A DNA stretch of 64,000 nt from an uncultured bacterium (GTDB lineage Bacteria; Krumholzibacteriota; Krumholzibacteriia; Krumholzibacteriales; Krumholzibacteriaceae), in assembly GCA_963813815.1 (NCBI GenBank), contig CAWFAD010000007.1, positions 128,001 to 192,000 of the forward strand, written 5' to 3'. The translations under genes and the position numbers were made by a program. This document shows positions 53,281 through 62,242 of the stretch, in pieces; positions within the stretch are counted from its first letter, which is position 1; each line of letters begins with the position of its first letter. The notes beneath the pieces are model-generated. The model worked only from the letters and a program-made list of their open reading frames with translations. It searched no databases and was not told where the DNA came from.

Positions 53281-55161
53281 ATGGCTCTCGATGCGAACAC
53301 CAAACTCGTTGATATAACAGAATTTATCAATAAAAATCGTGGTTCGATATCCGTCTGTATGATCGCGCGGGACGAGGAGGCCCATATCGGCGAGGCGCTC
53401 GCCAGTGTCAAGGATCTGGCCGATGAGATGATCGTTGTCGATACAGGCTCGACCGACCTCACCGCGTCCGAGGCGAGACGCCTCGGGGCTCGCGTCATCG
53501 CGGCGCCGTGGACGAACGATTTCAGCGCGGCGCGCAACATCGCCCTCTCGAGAGCCCGGTGCCGGTGGATTCTCGTTCTCGACGCCGACGAATGCATCTC
53601 GGCGGCCGATCACGAGAGGATCCGCGAGCTCGTGCGCGAGGAGACGCCCTGTGCATATCTCCTCGAGCAGCGAACGTACCTTCGCGCGGACGACGGCTTC
53701 GCCTGCGTTCCCGGCCCCGGCGACGGGATGAGCCGCGGCGCGGCGGCCTATTTCACCGACCGGCAGGTTCGGCTCTTCGGAAACAAGCGCTTCATCCGCT
53801 ACGCCTGCGAGATTCACGAGAACCTCGACGAGTCGCTCCTCTCGGCGGGCGTCCCCGTGCGAGAGAGCGGCGTCGCCATCCACCACTACGGCAGGCTTCG
53901 CGACGACGGCCGGGTATCCCGCAAGGCGGCCCTCTGGCGCGAGCTCGGGCGCGAGGCGCTCGACGCCTACCCGGCGCATCCGCGGTATCTGTATGAGCTC
54001 GCCGCCCAGTTTCTCGCGTACGGGGATCTCGATGCCGCCGTCCGGCACGCCGAGATGGCCCTCGCGTCCGAGGCGGGCAGCTGGCAGCTCTGGAACACGA
54101 TGGGGCTCGCGCGCCTTCGTAAGGGGGAACGCGAGCGGGCCGTATCCTGCTTCAGAAGGGCTCTCCGCTGCGCCGGCGAAAACGCCGAGGTCTGCAACAA
54201 CATGGGCGCCGCTCTTCTGGAGAGCGGCGAGAGCGCCGAGGCCTTGCTGTGGTTCGAGCGCGCCGCCGCTCTCGAGGGAGACAACCCGGACATCCTCCGG
54301 AACGCCGCCGCCGCGTCCGTTCTCGCCGGGGAGATCGATGGCGCCGGGGATTTCATCGAGCGGTCGCTCGCGATCGATCCGTTCGCGGCCCACTCGCACG
54401 CGATCCAGGCGGATATTCTGCTTCGGACCGGCGACGCCGACGGCGCCGCGCGCGTTCTCGCGGGCATGCGCTTTCTGCCGGACACGCCGTTCAAGGTCTA
54501 CCTCAAGGCGATCCAGCTCTCGATCCGCATGAAACGGATCGAAGAGGCTGACGCCATGGCCGGGAGGGCGGTCGAGGCGTTTCCGGGGCGCGACGACCTG
54601 CTCTACCTTTCCGGAAAGATAGCCGAGCTCGGGGGGGACGACGAGCGCGCCGTCTCGATGTACCGGCGCGCGCTCGCGGCTCGATCCGATCACGCCGAAG
54701 CGCTCTCGAGCCTCGGATGTATCTTCGACCGGCAGGCGCGGTTCACCGAGGCGCTCTCGGTGTTCCGGGAGGCGCTGCGGCACAAACCGTCGGACACGCA
54801 GATCGAGGTCAACCTCGGCATCGTCTTCGACAAGCTGGGGCACGCCGACGAGGCGGAACGATGTTTCGCGCGCGCGATGGAGAGCGGCGAGCGGTCCGGC
54901 TTCGCCTACAACGCCCTCGGCTGCCACCATGCGCGTCTCAGCCGCTTCGACGAGGCCTTCGCCTGCTTCGCCAAGGCGGTCGAGATCGAGGAGAATCCCC
55001 TCTATTACCAGAATCTCGGGCTCGCCTGCGAGCGGATGCGCCGGTACGACGAGGCCGCCGAGGCGTACGAGAAGATGGCCCTCATCGACGGACAGGGCGC
55101 CTCGTTCGCCCGCGAGCGCCTCGCGTGGCTTCGCTCGGCCGGCGCCGCGTCGGCGCGCTGA
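53281..55161 (+). CDS. Glycosyltransferase family 2 with multiple TPR repeats
   Basis: ISVCMIARDEE; VDTGSTD; DFSAARN; LDADE; IHE; HHYG; about ten TPR-like units. Confidence 0.9.
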   Translation: MALDANTKLVDITEFINKNRGSISVCMIARDEEAHIGEALASVKDLADEMIVVDTGSTDLTASEARRLGARVIAAPWTNDFSAARNIALSRARCRWILVLDADECISAADHERIRELVREETPCAYLLEQRTYLRADDGFACVPGPGDGMSRGAAAYFTDRQVRLFGNKRFIRYACEIHENLDESLLSAGVPVRESGVAIHHYGRLRDDGRVSRKAALWRELGREALDAYPAHPRYLYELAAQFLAYGDLDAAVRHAEMALASEAGSWQLWNTMGLARLRKGERERAVSCFRRALRCAGENAEVCNNMGAALLESGESAEALLWFERAAALEGDNPDILRNAAAASVLAGEIDGAGDFIERSLAIDPFAAHSHAIQADILLRTGDADGAARVLAGMRFLPDTPFKVYLKAIQLSIRMKRIEEADAMAGRAVEAFPGRDDLLYLSGKIAELGGDDERAVSMYRRALAARSDHAEALSSLGCIFDRQARFTEALSVFREALRHKPSDTQIEVNLGIVFDKLGHADEAERCFARAMESGERSGFAYNALGCHHARLSRFDEAFACFAKAVEIEENPLYYQNLGLACERMRRYDEAAEAYEKMALIDGQGASFARERLAWLRSAGAASAR

Positions 55162-55202
55162 ACCCGCGACGGCGGTGTGCTTCTTACCCCCGAAAATTCG
55201 CT

Positions 55203-55231
55203 TTGACAGCGTATGCGACGAGCCGTACGCT
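55203..55231 (+). promoter_or_regulatory. Sigma70-type promoter
   Basis: TTGACA-N17-TACGCT. Confidence 0.55.
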
Positions 55232-55308
55232 CGCGAGTCGGGTGGGGGGATCGCGCCGCCCGACGGCCGTTCGCGGGCCGGGGCGCGCGCTCCTCGAAGG
55301 AGCGGCCA

Positions 55309-56127
55309 GTGAAGAGGACGATAGCGCTTCTCACCGATTTCAGCTGGCACAACTGGTACGTCGGCGTCATGAAGGGCGTCATCGCGGGTATCAATCCGGA
55401 TGCGAACGTCGTCGATTTGTGCCACAACATCTCGGGCCAGGACGTGCGCGAGGGGAGCTTTATTCTCGGGAACAGCTTCACGTATTTTCCGCGCGGCACC
55501 GTCTTCGTGGCGGTGGTCGACCCGGGTGTGGGGAGCGATCGCCGGAACATCGTCGTCAAGACCACGGAGCATTTCTTCGTCGCCCCCGACAACGGCATCG
55601 TGAGCTCGATATTCGAAAAGGCCTCGGTCGAGCGGGTCTTTCAGGTGTTCCCCGGAAAGTACACGCTGGGGGTGGTCGGGGCGACGTTCCACGGGCGCGA
55701 CGTTTTCGCCCCCCTTGCCGCGCATCTCTCCCTCGGCGTGGCTCCCGAGGAAATGGGCGAGGAGATCAAATCGGTGTGCACGGTGCCGGCGATCCGGCCG
55801 GCGATGAACGAGCGGGGCGAGCTCCTCGGACGCGCCGTGTACGTCGATCCTTTCGGCAACATCATAACCAACGTCGATGAGGAGTGTCTGAAGAGAGTGT
55901 TCCCCGGCGAGCCGCCGCGCGACGATCTCATCGTCCATCTGTCCGGCCGGACGATCCGGGGCATTCGCCGGTACTACGAGCAGGGTCAGCAAGGATATCT
56001 CATGGCGCTCATCAACAGCTGGGGATACCTCGAGATCGCCGTGAACCGCGGAAACGCGTTTCAGCATCTCGGGCTCCTGGACAAGAAATCGCTCGAAATA
56101 CTCATCTCGATCGGTTCGAAGCCGTAG
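55309..56127 (+). CDS. SAM hydroxide adenosyltransferase (DUF62; chlorinase/fluorinase superfamily)
   Basis: LLTDF; VVDPGVGSDRR; APDNG; TFHGRDVFAP; DPFGNIITN; LEIAVN. Confidence 0.9.
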   Translation: MKRTIALLTDFSWHNWYVGVMKGVIAGINPDANVVDLCHNISGQDVREGSFILGNSFTYFPRGTVFVAVVDPGVGSDRRNIVVKTTEHFFVAPDNGIVSSIFEKASVERVFQVFPGKYTLGVVGATFHGRDVFAPLAAHLSLGVAPEEMGEEIKSVCTVPAIRPAMNERGELLGRAVYVDPFGNIITNVDEECLKRVFPGEPPRDDLIVHLSGRTIRGIRRYYEQGQQGYLMALINSWGYLEIAVNRGNAFQHLGLLDKKSLEILISIGSKP

Positions 56128-56245
56128 AGCGGCGCCGCACGGGTCGAAACCTCGGTCGGTCTCCTCGAAATCATCCTTGAATCCTGAATCCCGGTGTGTA
56201 GAATGCGGAGGGTCATTCGATTTCATGCCGCCGCGGAGAGGAAGC

Positions 56246-56692
56246 ATGAGGAAACGGGCGTTTCTCGTCGGCGTTGCCGCGCTCGCCGTCGCGTCGGGGC
56301 GGGACGCCGGAGCCCATCGCGTCGAATCGGCGCGGCGCTGGGGTTTCCCCGCGGCGGGGACCGACACTCTCGTCGTGAAAAACGAGAGCGGAAACATCGC
56401 CTATGAGCGGTGGGAGCGCGACTCGATCGACGTCGAGGCGTCGCTTCGCGTCAAGGCCCCGGGCGCGTCGTCGGCCCGCGCGCTTCATGACGCCGTGGTC
56501 TTCCGCTTGGAGGAGCGCGGCGGCACCGTCGCGCTCCGGGCCGATACGCCCCGCGCGCGGCATGTCTCCTTCGGCATCGGAGGAGGGGATATCACCGCGA
56601 TCCGGATCCGCTACCGGATCCGGGTTCCCGGGCGAATCGTCCTTCGTCTGTCCACGGTGAACGGAAAGATCGAGGATCGGTCGAATAGATGA
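56246..56692 (+). CDS. Small exported protein, DUF4097/adhesin-like fragment
   Basis: Signal-like N-terminus; VKNESGNI; YRIRVP..LSTVNGKI. Confidence 0.5.
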   Translation: MRKRAFLVGVAALAVASGRDAGAHRVESARRWGFPAAGTDTLVVKNESGNIAYERWERDSIDVEASLRVKAPGASSARALHDAVVFRLEERGGTVALRADTPRARHVSFGIGGGDITAIRIRYRIRVPGRIVLRLSTVNGKIEDRSNR

Positions 56693-56714
56693 CGGCCGCC
56701 GTTGGTACTACCCT

Positions 56715-57305
56715 ATGACGCAGCCATACGCGGGCGACGACATTCCGAGAGACGTGCTCGCCGCCTGGATCGGCGGGAGCGAAAGCGCGTTCGCCGTGAT
56801 CGTAAAGGCCACGATGAGAAGGGCCTACGCGGTCGCTCTCGGCTTCCTCGGGAACGCCGAGGACGCGAGGGACCTGTCGCAGGAGGCGTATGTCGCGGCG
56901 CACGCCGCCCGAAGCAGGTTCGACGTCGAGCGGCCGTTCTTTCCGTGGTTCTATCGCATCCTGCGGAATCGCTGCCTCAATGCGCTCGAAAAGCGCGCCC
57001 GCCGTCCCGAGGTGTCTCTCGACGTCGTGGCCGAACGGAACGATCCGGGATGCGGGCCCGAACGGACCCGCGAGCGGAGGGAGACGGCCGAGCTCGTCTG
57101 GAAGGGGCTTTTCGCCATCGCTCCGGAGCATCGCGAAATCATCGTGCTCCGGTCCTTTCAGGAGCTCTCGTACCGCGAGATCGCCGGCACGCTCGATATC
57201 CCGGAGGGAACGGTGATGTCGAGACTCTTCTACGCGCGGCGGGCGCTCCGCGAGGCGCTCGAGGCGCTTCCGGGGATCGACGCCCTGAAGGAGGACGCAT
57301 CATGA
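56715..57305 (+). CDS. ECF RNA polymerase sigma factor
   Basis: DARDLSQEAY; FFPWFYRILRNRC; LSYREIA..IPEGTVMSRLFYAR. Confidence 0.92.
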   Translation: MTQPYAGDDIPRDVLAAWIGGSESAFAVIVKATMRRAYAVALGFLGNAEDARDLSQEAYVAAHAARSRFDVERPFFPWFYRILRNRCLNALEKRARRPEVSLDVVAERNDPGCGPERTRERRETAELVWKGLFAIAPEHREIIVLRSFQELSYREIAGTLDIPEGTVMSRLFYARRALREALEALPGIDALKEDAS

Positions 57306-57739
57306 CGCTGTGCCCGCGTTTCGACGGCGACGGCATGCGGTACATCGATAACGAGATGAGCGGCGACGAGCGCGCCGCGTTCGAGCGGCACTGCGCCGAA
57401 TGCGACTCGTGCCGCCGCGAGCTCGCCTCGTTCACGAAGCTCGACGCATTGACGGGGAGGGTGAAGATGGTCGATCCCACCGATGCATTCTGGGAACGCT
57501 ACTGGCGGAGCGTCTACCGGCGAGTGGAACGCAAGACGGCCTGGGTGCTCATGCTTTCCGGCGCCGTCATGATCGCCGTGTTCGCCGTTCAGCAGGCGGT
57601 GAGGTCGCTTCGCTGGATCACGTTCGAAAAGATCGCCGTGCTCCTCTTCGCGGCGGGATTCGTGCTCCTGCTCGTCTCCCTCATCCGCGAGCGGTGCCAT
57701 CAGTACAAATCCGATCCGTACCGGGACGTGAAACGCTGA
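57302..57739 (+). CDS. Zinc-binding (zf-HC2) membrane anti-sigma factor
   Basis: YIDNEM..HCAECDSC (HxxxCxxC); two TM helices; ATGA overlap with the sigma gene. Confidence 0.85.
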   Translation: MTLCPRFDGDGMRYIDNEMSGDERAAFERHCAECDSCRRELASFTKLDALTGRVKMVDPTDAFWERYWRSVYRRVERKTAWVLMLSGAVMIAVFAVQQAVRSLRWITFEKIAVLLFAAGFVLLLVSLIRERCHQYKSDPYRDVKR

Positions 57740-57769
57740 CATCGAATTCGGCGGAAAGGCGGACTGTCG

Positions 57770-58093
57770 ATGATCGTTACTACATGCGAGACCCTGCCGG
57801 GCAAGCGGATCGTCAGGGTGATCGGTCTCGCGAAGGGCAATACGATCCGGGCGCGGAACTTCGGGCGCGACTTCGTGGCGGCGCTGCGAAACGTCGTCGG
57901 CGGCGAGATCGTCGAATATACGAAGCTCCTGGCCGAGTCGCGCGAGCAGGCGCTCGATCGCATGATCTCACACGCCGAGGGGCTCGGGGCCAACGCCGTC
58001 GTCGGCATGCGGTTCTCGACGGCGCAGGTGATGGAGCACGCGGCGGAGCTCCTCGCGTATGGAACGGCGGTCGTCGTGGAGGACGAGCGGTGA
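57770..58093 (+). CDS. YbjQ/UPF0145 family protein
   Basis: VGGEIVEYTKLLAESREQALDRM..GANAVVG..AYGTAV. Confidence 0.92.
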   Translation: MIVTTCETLPGKRIVRVIGLAKGNTIRARNFGRDFVAALRNVVGGEIVEYTKLLAESREQALDRMISHAEGLGANAVVGMRFSTAQVMEHAAELLAYGTAVVVEDER

Positions 58094-58935
58094 GGCTCGG
58101 ACCGTTCGAGGCGCGCGCGATCGAGACGGGAGCGTTCCGTCTCGACGGCGGGGCGATGTTCGGGGTCGTGCCGAAGGTGCTCTGGAGCCGAACGAACCCG
58201 GCGGACGAAAACAACAGAATCAAGATGGCGATGCGCCTCCTCTACCTCGAGGGCGCCGGCCGCCGGCTCGTCGTCGACGGCGGCGCCGGCACGAACCTCG
58301 GCGGGAAAATGGAGCGAAACTACGAGATCGAGACGGCGGGGCTTCGCGCCGCCCTCGAGGCTGCCTCCGTCGATCCCCTCGCGGTGACTGACGCCGTGGC
58401 GACGCACCTGCATTTCGACCACGCGGGGGGCTACTGCTACCGCGACGGAGATGCGATCCGGCTCTCCCTGCCGAACGCCGTCCATCACGTGCAGCGGCGG
58501 CAATGGGAGGCGGCGCTTCGGCCGAACGAAAAGGATCGCGCGAGCTTCTTCATGGAGTATCTGCTGCCGATCGAGAAGGCGGGATTGCTCGATCTCGTCG
58601 ACGGCGAACGGGAAATATTCCCCGGAGTCGCTCTGCTGCCGGCCGAAGGACACACGCCGGGGCATCAGGTCGTGCTCGTGTCGACGGACTCCGGAACGCT
58701 TCTCTACTGCGGGGATCTCATTCCGCTCGCCTCCCACGTGAACCTTCCGTACATCATGGCCTACGATCATTTTCCGCTGCGCACGCTCGAGGAGAAGAAA
58801 CGCCTCCTCGGCCGCGCGGCGGACGAGGGCTGGACACTCTTCTTCGAACACGATCCCGAGATCGCCGCCGCGACGGTCCGCCGAAGCGGCGCGGACGGCT
58901 TCGCGCTCGACGAGATCGTGAATCTCTCGGATTGA
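58090..58935 (+). CDS. MBL-fold metallo-hydrolase, YtnP-like
   Basis: LDGGAMFGVVPK; THLHFDHAGG; GHTPGHQ; GDLIP; FEHD. Confidence 0.9.
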   Translation: MRLGPFEARAIETGAFRLDGGAMFGVVPKVLWSRTNPADENNRIKMAMRLLYLEGAGRRLVVDGGAGTNLGGKMERNYEIETAGLRAALEAASVDPLAVTDAVATHLHFDHAGGYCYRDGDAIRLSLPNAVHHVQRRQWEAALRPNEKDRASFFMEYLLPIEKAGLLDLVDGEREIFPGVALLPAEGHTPGHQVVLVSTDSGTLLYCGDLIPLASHVNLPYIMAYDHFPLRTLEEKKRLLGRAADEGWTLFFEHDPEIAAATVRRSGADGFALDEIVNLSD

Positions 58936-58943
58936 CGCGACGT

Positions 58944-59520
58944 ATGCTGAATGACGCCGATCTCATGAAGCGGACGGCCGCCGGCGACGAGGACGCCTTT
59001 CGCGCTCTCGTCGAGCGCCACGGCAGGAGCGCGCATACCTTCTTTCTCCGTCTCGTGCGCAGCGTCGAGGACGCCGAGGATCTGACGCAAGAGCTGTTTC
59101 TCGCCCTCTATCGGGCGGCGGGCCGCTACCGCCCCGAAGCTCCGTTCACCTCGTACCTCTATCGCATCGCCTCCAACCTCGCGGCGAGCCACCTGCGCCG
59201 GCGTGCGGCGCGCCCCGCGCAGTCCCTCGACGAGCTCGCCGAGAGCGGCTTCGAGACGGCGACGAGCCGGCACGACGACCACCCCGAGCAATCGTTCGAG
59301 GAGCGGGAGATGCGGCGGCGGTACGAGGGGGCCCTCGCGCGGCTCCCGGCCGATTGGCGCATCGCGCTCGAGCTCCGCGTGCGGGCGGGAGCTCTCGTAC
59401 GGCGAAATCGCCGCCGCGATGGGCAAGAGCGTCCCCGCCGTCGAGTCGATCCTCGTGCGCGCGCGCGAGCGTATCGCGGAAGAGATGAGGGAAGGCGGCT
59501 GGAAACGCGAAGACGGTTAG
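58944..59520 (+). CDS. Second ECF sigma factor (frameshift near 59382)
   Basis: DAEDLTQELF; FTSYLYRIASN; region 4 ELSYGEIAAAMGKSVPAVESILVRAR lies in the shifted frame. Confidence 0.85.
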
Positions 59521-59610
59521 CGGGGGGGAGGGGAAACGGCGCGGAGGAGAATATGAGGCGCAGGTTTTTTCCTTCGGCCGCGTTCTAACATAGTGACAGG
59601 AGGAACCCGA

Positions 59611-60063
59611 ATGGATTGCCGGAAGTGGAGAGCACTCGTATCCCGCGAGCTCGACGGCGAGCTCGACGGCGCCGACCGCGGCGGGCTCGAGCGGCACGTC
59701 GAGCGCTGCGCCCGCTGCGCGGCCTTTCGCGAGCTCATCCGCGAGGCGGCGTCGATTCACCGGTCGGGTCCCGAAAGGGATCCGAGCCCTCGGCTCGTCG
59801 CTTCCATCCTCGCCGAGGCCGGAGCGGCCCGGAGATCCCCGCGGATCGGCGGGTGGCTCCGGTTCGCGGTGCCCGCCGCGGCCGCGGCCGTATTTGTCTT
59901 GGGTTTCTGGGTCGGCAGCCTCATGCACGAGCGCTTCGGCGGAGAAGGCGTTTCCACGGTGGCGAGCGGCGCCATGGGACTCGATCTCGAGTATCTCGGC
60001 GACAGCCCGCCCGGATCGTTCGGCAATATCGTCACGGTTTCCTACGAGGGAGGGGAAGAATGA
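59611..60063 (+). CDS. zf-HC2 anti-sigma factor
   Basis: MDC..LDGEL..HVERCARC; single TM. Confidence 0.85.
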   Translation: MDCRKWRALVSRELDGELDGADRGGLERHVERCARCAAFRELIREAASIHRSGPERDPSPRLVASILAEAGAARRSPRIGGWLRFAVPAAAAAVFVLGFWVGSLMHERFGGEGVSTVASGAMGLDLEYLGDSPPGSFGNIVTVSYEGGEE

Positions 60064-60593
60064 AGCGGGATGCGGTCAAAATCGCGCTCGTCGTTTCCCT
60101 CGTGTTCAACGCCGCCGTCATCGGCGCGTTCGCGTACGGTCTCGCGAGAAAGCCGTCGCCTCAGGGGTTCTGTCCGGAAGCGGGCCGCGCGCGCTCGGAG
60201 CCTTTCGAGTGGCACGGCAAGCGGATCGCCCGCCGCATCGGCGTGCCCGACGAGCGGACGATGCGGTTCATCGGGGTCATGTCGGACAGCTCCGGCGAGA
60301 CGGCGGAGATCCGCGGAGCCCTGCAGCGTTCGCGCGCGGATCTCATCGCGCTCATCGAGGCGAACGAGCCGGACGAGGCGGCGATCATGGCGAAAGTCGA
60401 CGAGATTTCGCGGCTCCAGGGAGATTTCGAGAAGCGGGTCGTCGCACGGCTCCTCGGCGCGAGGGACGTCCTCACGCCCGAGGAGCGCGCACGGTTCATG
60501 CGCCTCATCCGGCACGAGTGCATGATGCGCGACGCCGGCGTGCCTCTCACACCCGCCGGACAACGGAAAGAAAGCGAGGTTCCGAGATGGTAA
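60060..60593 (+). CDS. Periplasmic heavy-metal sensor / Spy-CpxP-like protein
   Basis: LVVSLVFN anchor; PDEAAI.AKVDEI; VLTPEER motif. Confidence 0.78.
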   Translation: MKRDAVKIALVVSLVFNAAVIGAFAYGLARKPSPQGFCPEAGRARSEPFEWHGKRIARRIGVPDERTMRFIGVMSDSSGETAEIRGALQRSRADLIALIEANEPDEAAIMAKVDEISRLQGDFEKRVVARLLGARDVLTPEERARFMRLIRHECMMRDAGVPLTPAGQRKESEVPRW

Positions 60594-61429
60594 AACGTAT
60601 CACGGTCGTGCTGGCGCTCGCGGCGCTCATGACAACGGCCTCCGCCACGCTCTCCGCTCAGGAGAAGGAAGTAAAGGTCGTCGTGACGGCCGGGGAAGGC
60701 GGGCCGTCGGCGTGCGCGGCGGCGAAAGAGCTCACTCCCGAGCAAATGGAGAAGGTCGAGAAGCTCCGCGAGGAGCATCGGCTTCGCGCCGTCGAGCTTC
60801 GCGCCGATCTCACGAAGCTGGGCGTCGAGCTCAAGCGCGAGACGGACAAGCCCGAGCCGAACATGGGCGCCGTCGAGGCGACTCTGAAGAAGATGTCCTC
60901 CGTCAGGGAACGGATCCAGATGAGCCGCATCGAGCACCGGCTCGCCATGCGGAAGCTCCTCGGGGACGATTGCATGGCGCACATGCGGCGGGGATTCGGC
61001 GATCGCGATATGACGTGGATCGAGGCCGAGGCCGAGGAGGGGGACGAGCCCGGCGAGCGGGAAGTTCGCATCATGCGTTTCAAGGATCGCGACGGCGCCG
61101 GGATGCCTCCGGGATGCGGGGGCGGGCGCCTCGATCGTATGAAAGCGCGCGGTCGCGAGATGAAGGCGGGATGCGATCCGGGATCCTGCGGCATGATGAT
61201 GCACCGGGAGGGATCGGCGCCGGGCGCCTGCTGCGCGCCGCGCGAGGGGCACATCTGCACGATGCGCCGCGCCGGCCGGGACCGCTCGTGCGACGGTTCG
61301 TGCTCGATGCACAAAGGAAACTGGGAATCGCGCATGTTCCGCCCCCGGGGCAAGAGGACCGCGCACCGGTGCTCGGAAGATTGCAGGATCATGGAATGGA
61401 AGGAGCGTATGCCCGCGGAGCGCCGGTAG
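60587..61429 (+). CDS. Spy/CpxP/ZraP-like exported protein with Cys/Met/His-rich tail
   Basis: Signal peptide; LTPEQMEKV helical domain; C-terminal region of about 110 aa with 10 Cys and many Met/His. Confidence 0.7.
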   Translation: MVKRITVVLALAALMTTASATLSAQEKEVKVVVTAGEGGPSACAAAKELTPEQMEKVEKLREEHRLRAVELRADLTKLGVELKRETDKPEPNMGAVEATLKKMSSVRERIQMSRIEHRLAMRKLLGDDCMAHMRRGFGDRDMTWIEAEAEEGDEPGEREVRIMRFKDRDGAGMPPGCGGGRLDRMKARGREMKAGCDPGSCGMMMHREGSAPGACCAPREGHICTMRRAGRDRSCDGSCSMHKGNWESRMFRPRGKRTAHRCSEDCRIMEWKERMPAERR

Positions 61430-61498
61430 GCGACCCGGCGTCCGCTCGAAAGAGGCTCCCGTCGCTCCGTGGGCACGGAGCGGCGAACCCACCGAACA

Positions 61499-61529
61499 GG
61501 CGGGGCGCTTCGGCGCCCCGCCCCTTTTT
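61499..61529 (+). terminator. Intrinsic terminator
   Basis: GGCGGGGCGC-TTCG-GCGCCCCGCC then CCTTTTT, between convergent genes. Confidence 0.85.
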
Positions 61530-61534
61530 CGCGG

Positions 61535-62215
61535 TCAGTTGATGCGGATCGAGGTCATGAGCGAGAAGAAAACGCCGCTGTAATCGACCTCGATGGGGAA
61601 GCCGGGCTCGAAGTAGCCGCGCTCTCCGTACAGGTCGCTCAACGTTTCGACTTTGAGCCCCCGGTAGCCGATCTGGAGACCGACCTCGATCGGATTGAGG
61701 AAATTCGTGCGTATCTCGGCGTACGCCTCGTAGCCGGCATCCTCGCCGTCGTACTCGGCGAGCCGGCGGCCGGTGATTTCGTTCGTGCCGTACGTGACGT
61801 CGACCCAGCAGCGGTTCACGCCGACGCCGAGATCGATCGCGTTCTCGAATCGGAAGAGGGCGGCGACGAGGCCGAGCGTGTAGACGTCGGCCGGCGCGAG
61901 GTAGGTTATGGAGGATGTGGCCTCGAGGGTTTCCGTTTCCGCCCAGAGGTGCTCGTATCCGCCGACGAGGGCCGCGATCCGTCCGTACCAGATCCTGCCC
62001 TCGGCGCGGAAATTGATGCCGTTATTGAGTGGATCGATGGTTATGGCGTTTTCCTGCGCGACGATCCCGATATGCTCGTTGAGCGCGCCCATCGAATAGT
62101 AGCCGAGACCTATGCCGCCGCCGGCGGAGATTCCGAGCGGAAAAGCAGCGGCGCCCCCTCCCGCGGCAGCGACGACCGCCGCCATGACGATGAACAGCCG
62201 AGCGGCGTTCCTCAT
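61535..62215 (-). CDS. Small outer-membrane beta-barrel-like exported protein
   Basis: Signal peptide; amphipathic strands; C-terminal VDYSGVFFSL. Confidence 0.55.
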   Translation of the reverse strand: MRNAARLFIVMAAVVAAAGGGAAAFPLGISAGGGIGLGYYSMGALNEHIGIVAQENAITIDPLNNGINFRAEGRIWYGRIAALVGGYEHLWAETETLEATSSITYLAPADVYTLGLVAALFRFENAIDLGVGVNRCWVDVTYGTNEITGRRLAEYDGEDAGYEAYAEIRTNFLNPIEVGLQIGYRGLKVETLSDLYGERGYFEPGFPIEVDYSGVFFSLMTSIRIN

Positions 62216-62242
62216 GTCTCCTCCCTGTCCCGTCCCGCGATC

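Noticed and set aside
55309..56127. True fluorinase/chlorinase
   Set aside because: Retains the Asp-Arg-His triad (VVDPGVGSDRR, TFHGRD) typical of DUF62 SAM hydrolases; no biosynthetic cluster nearby
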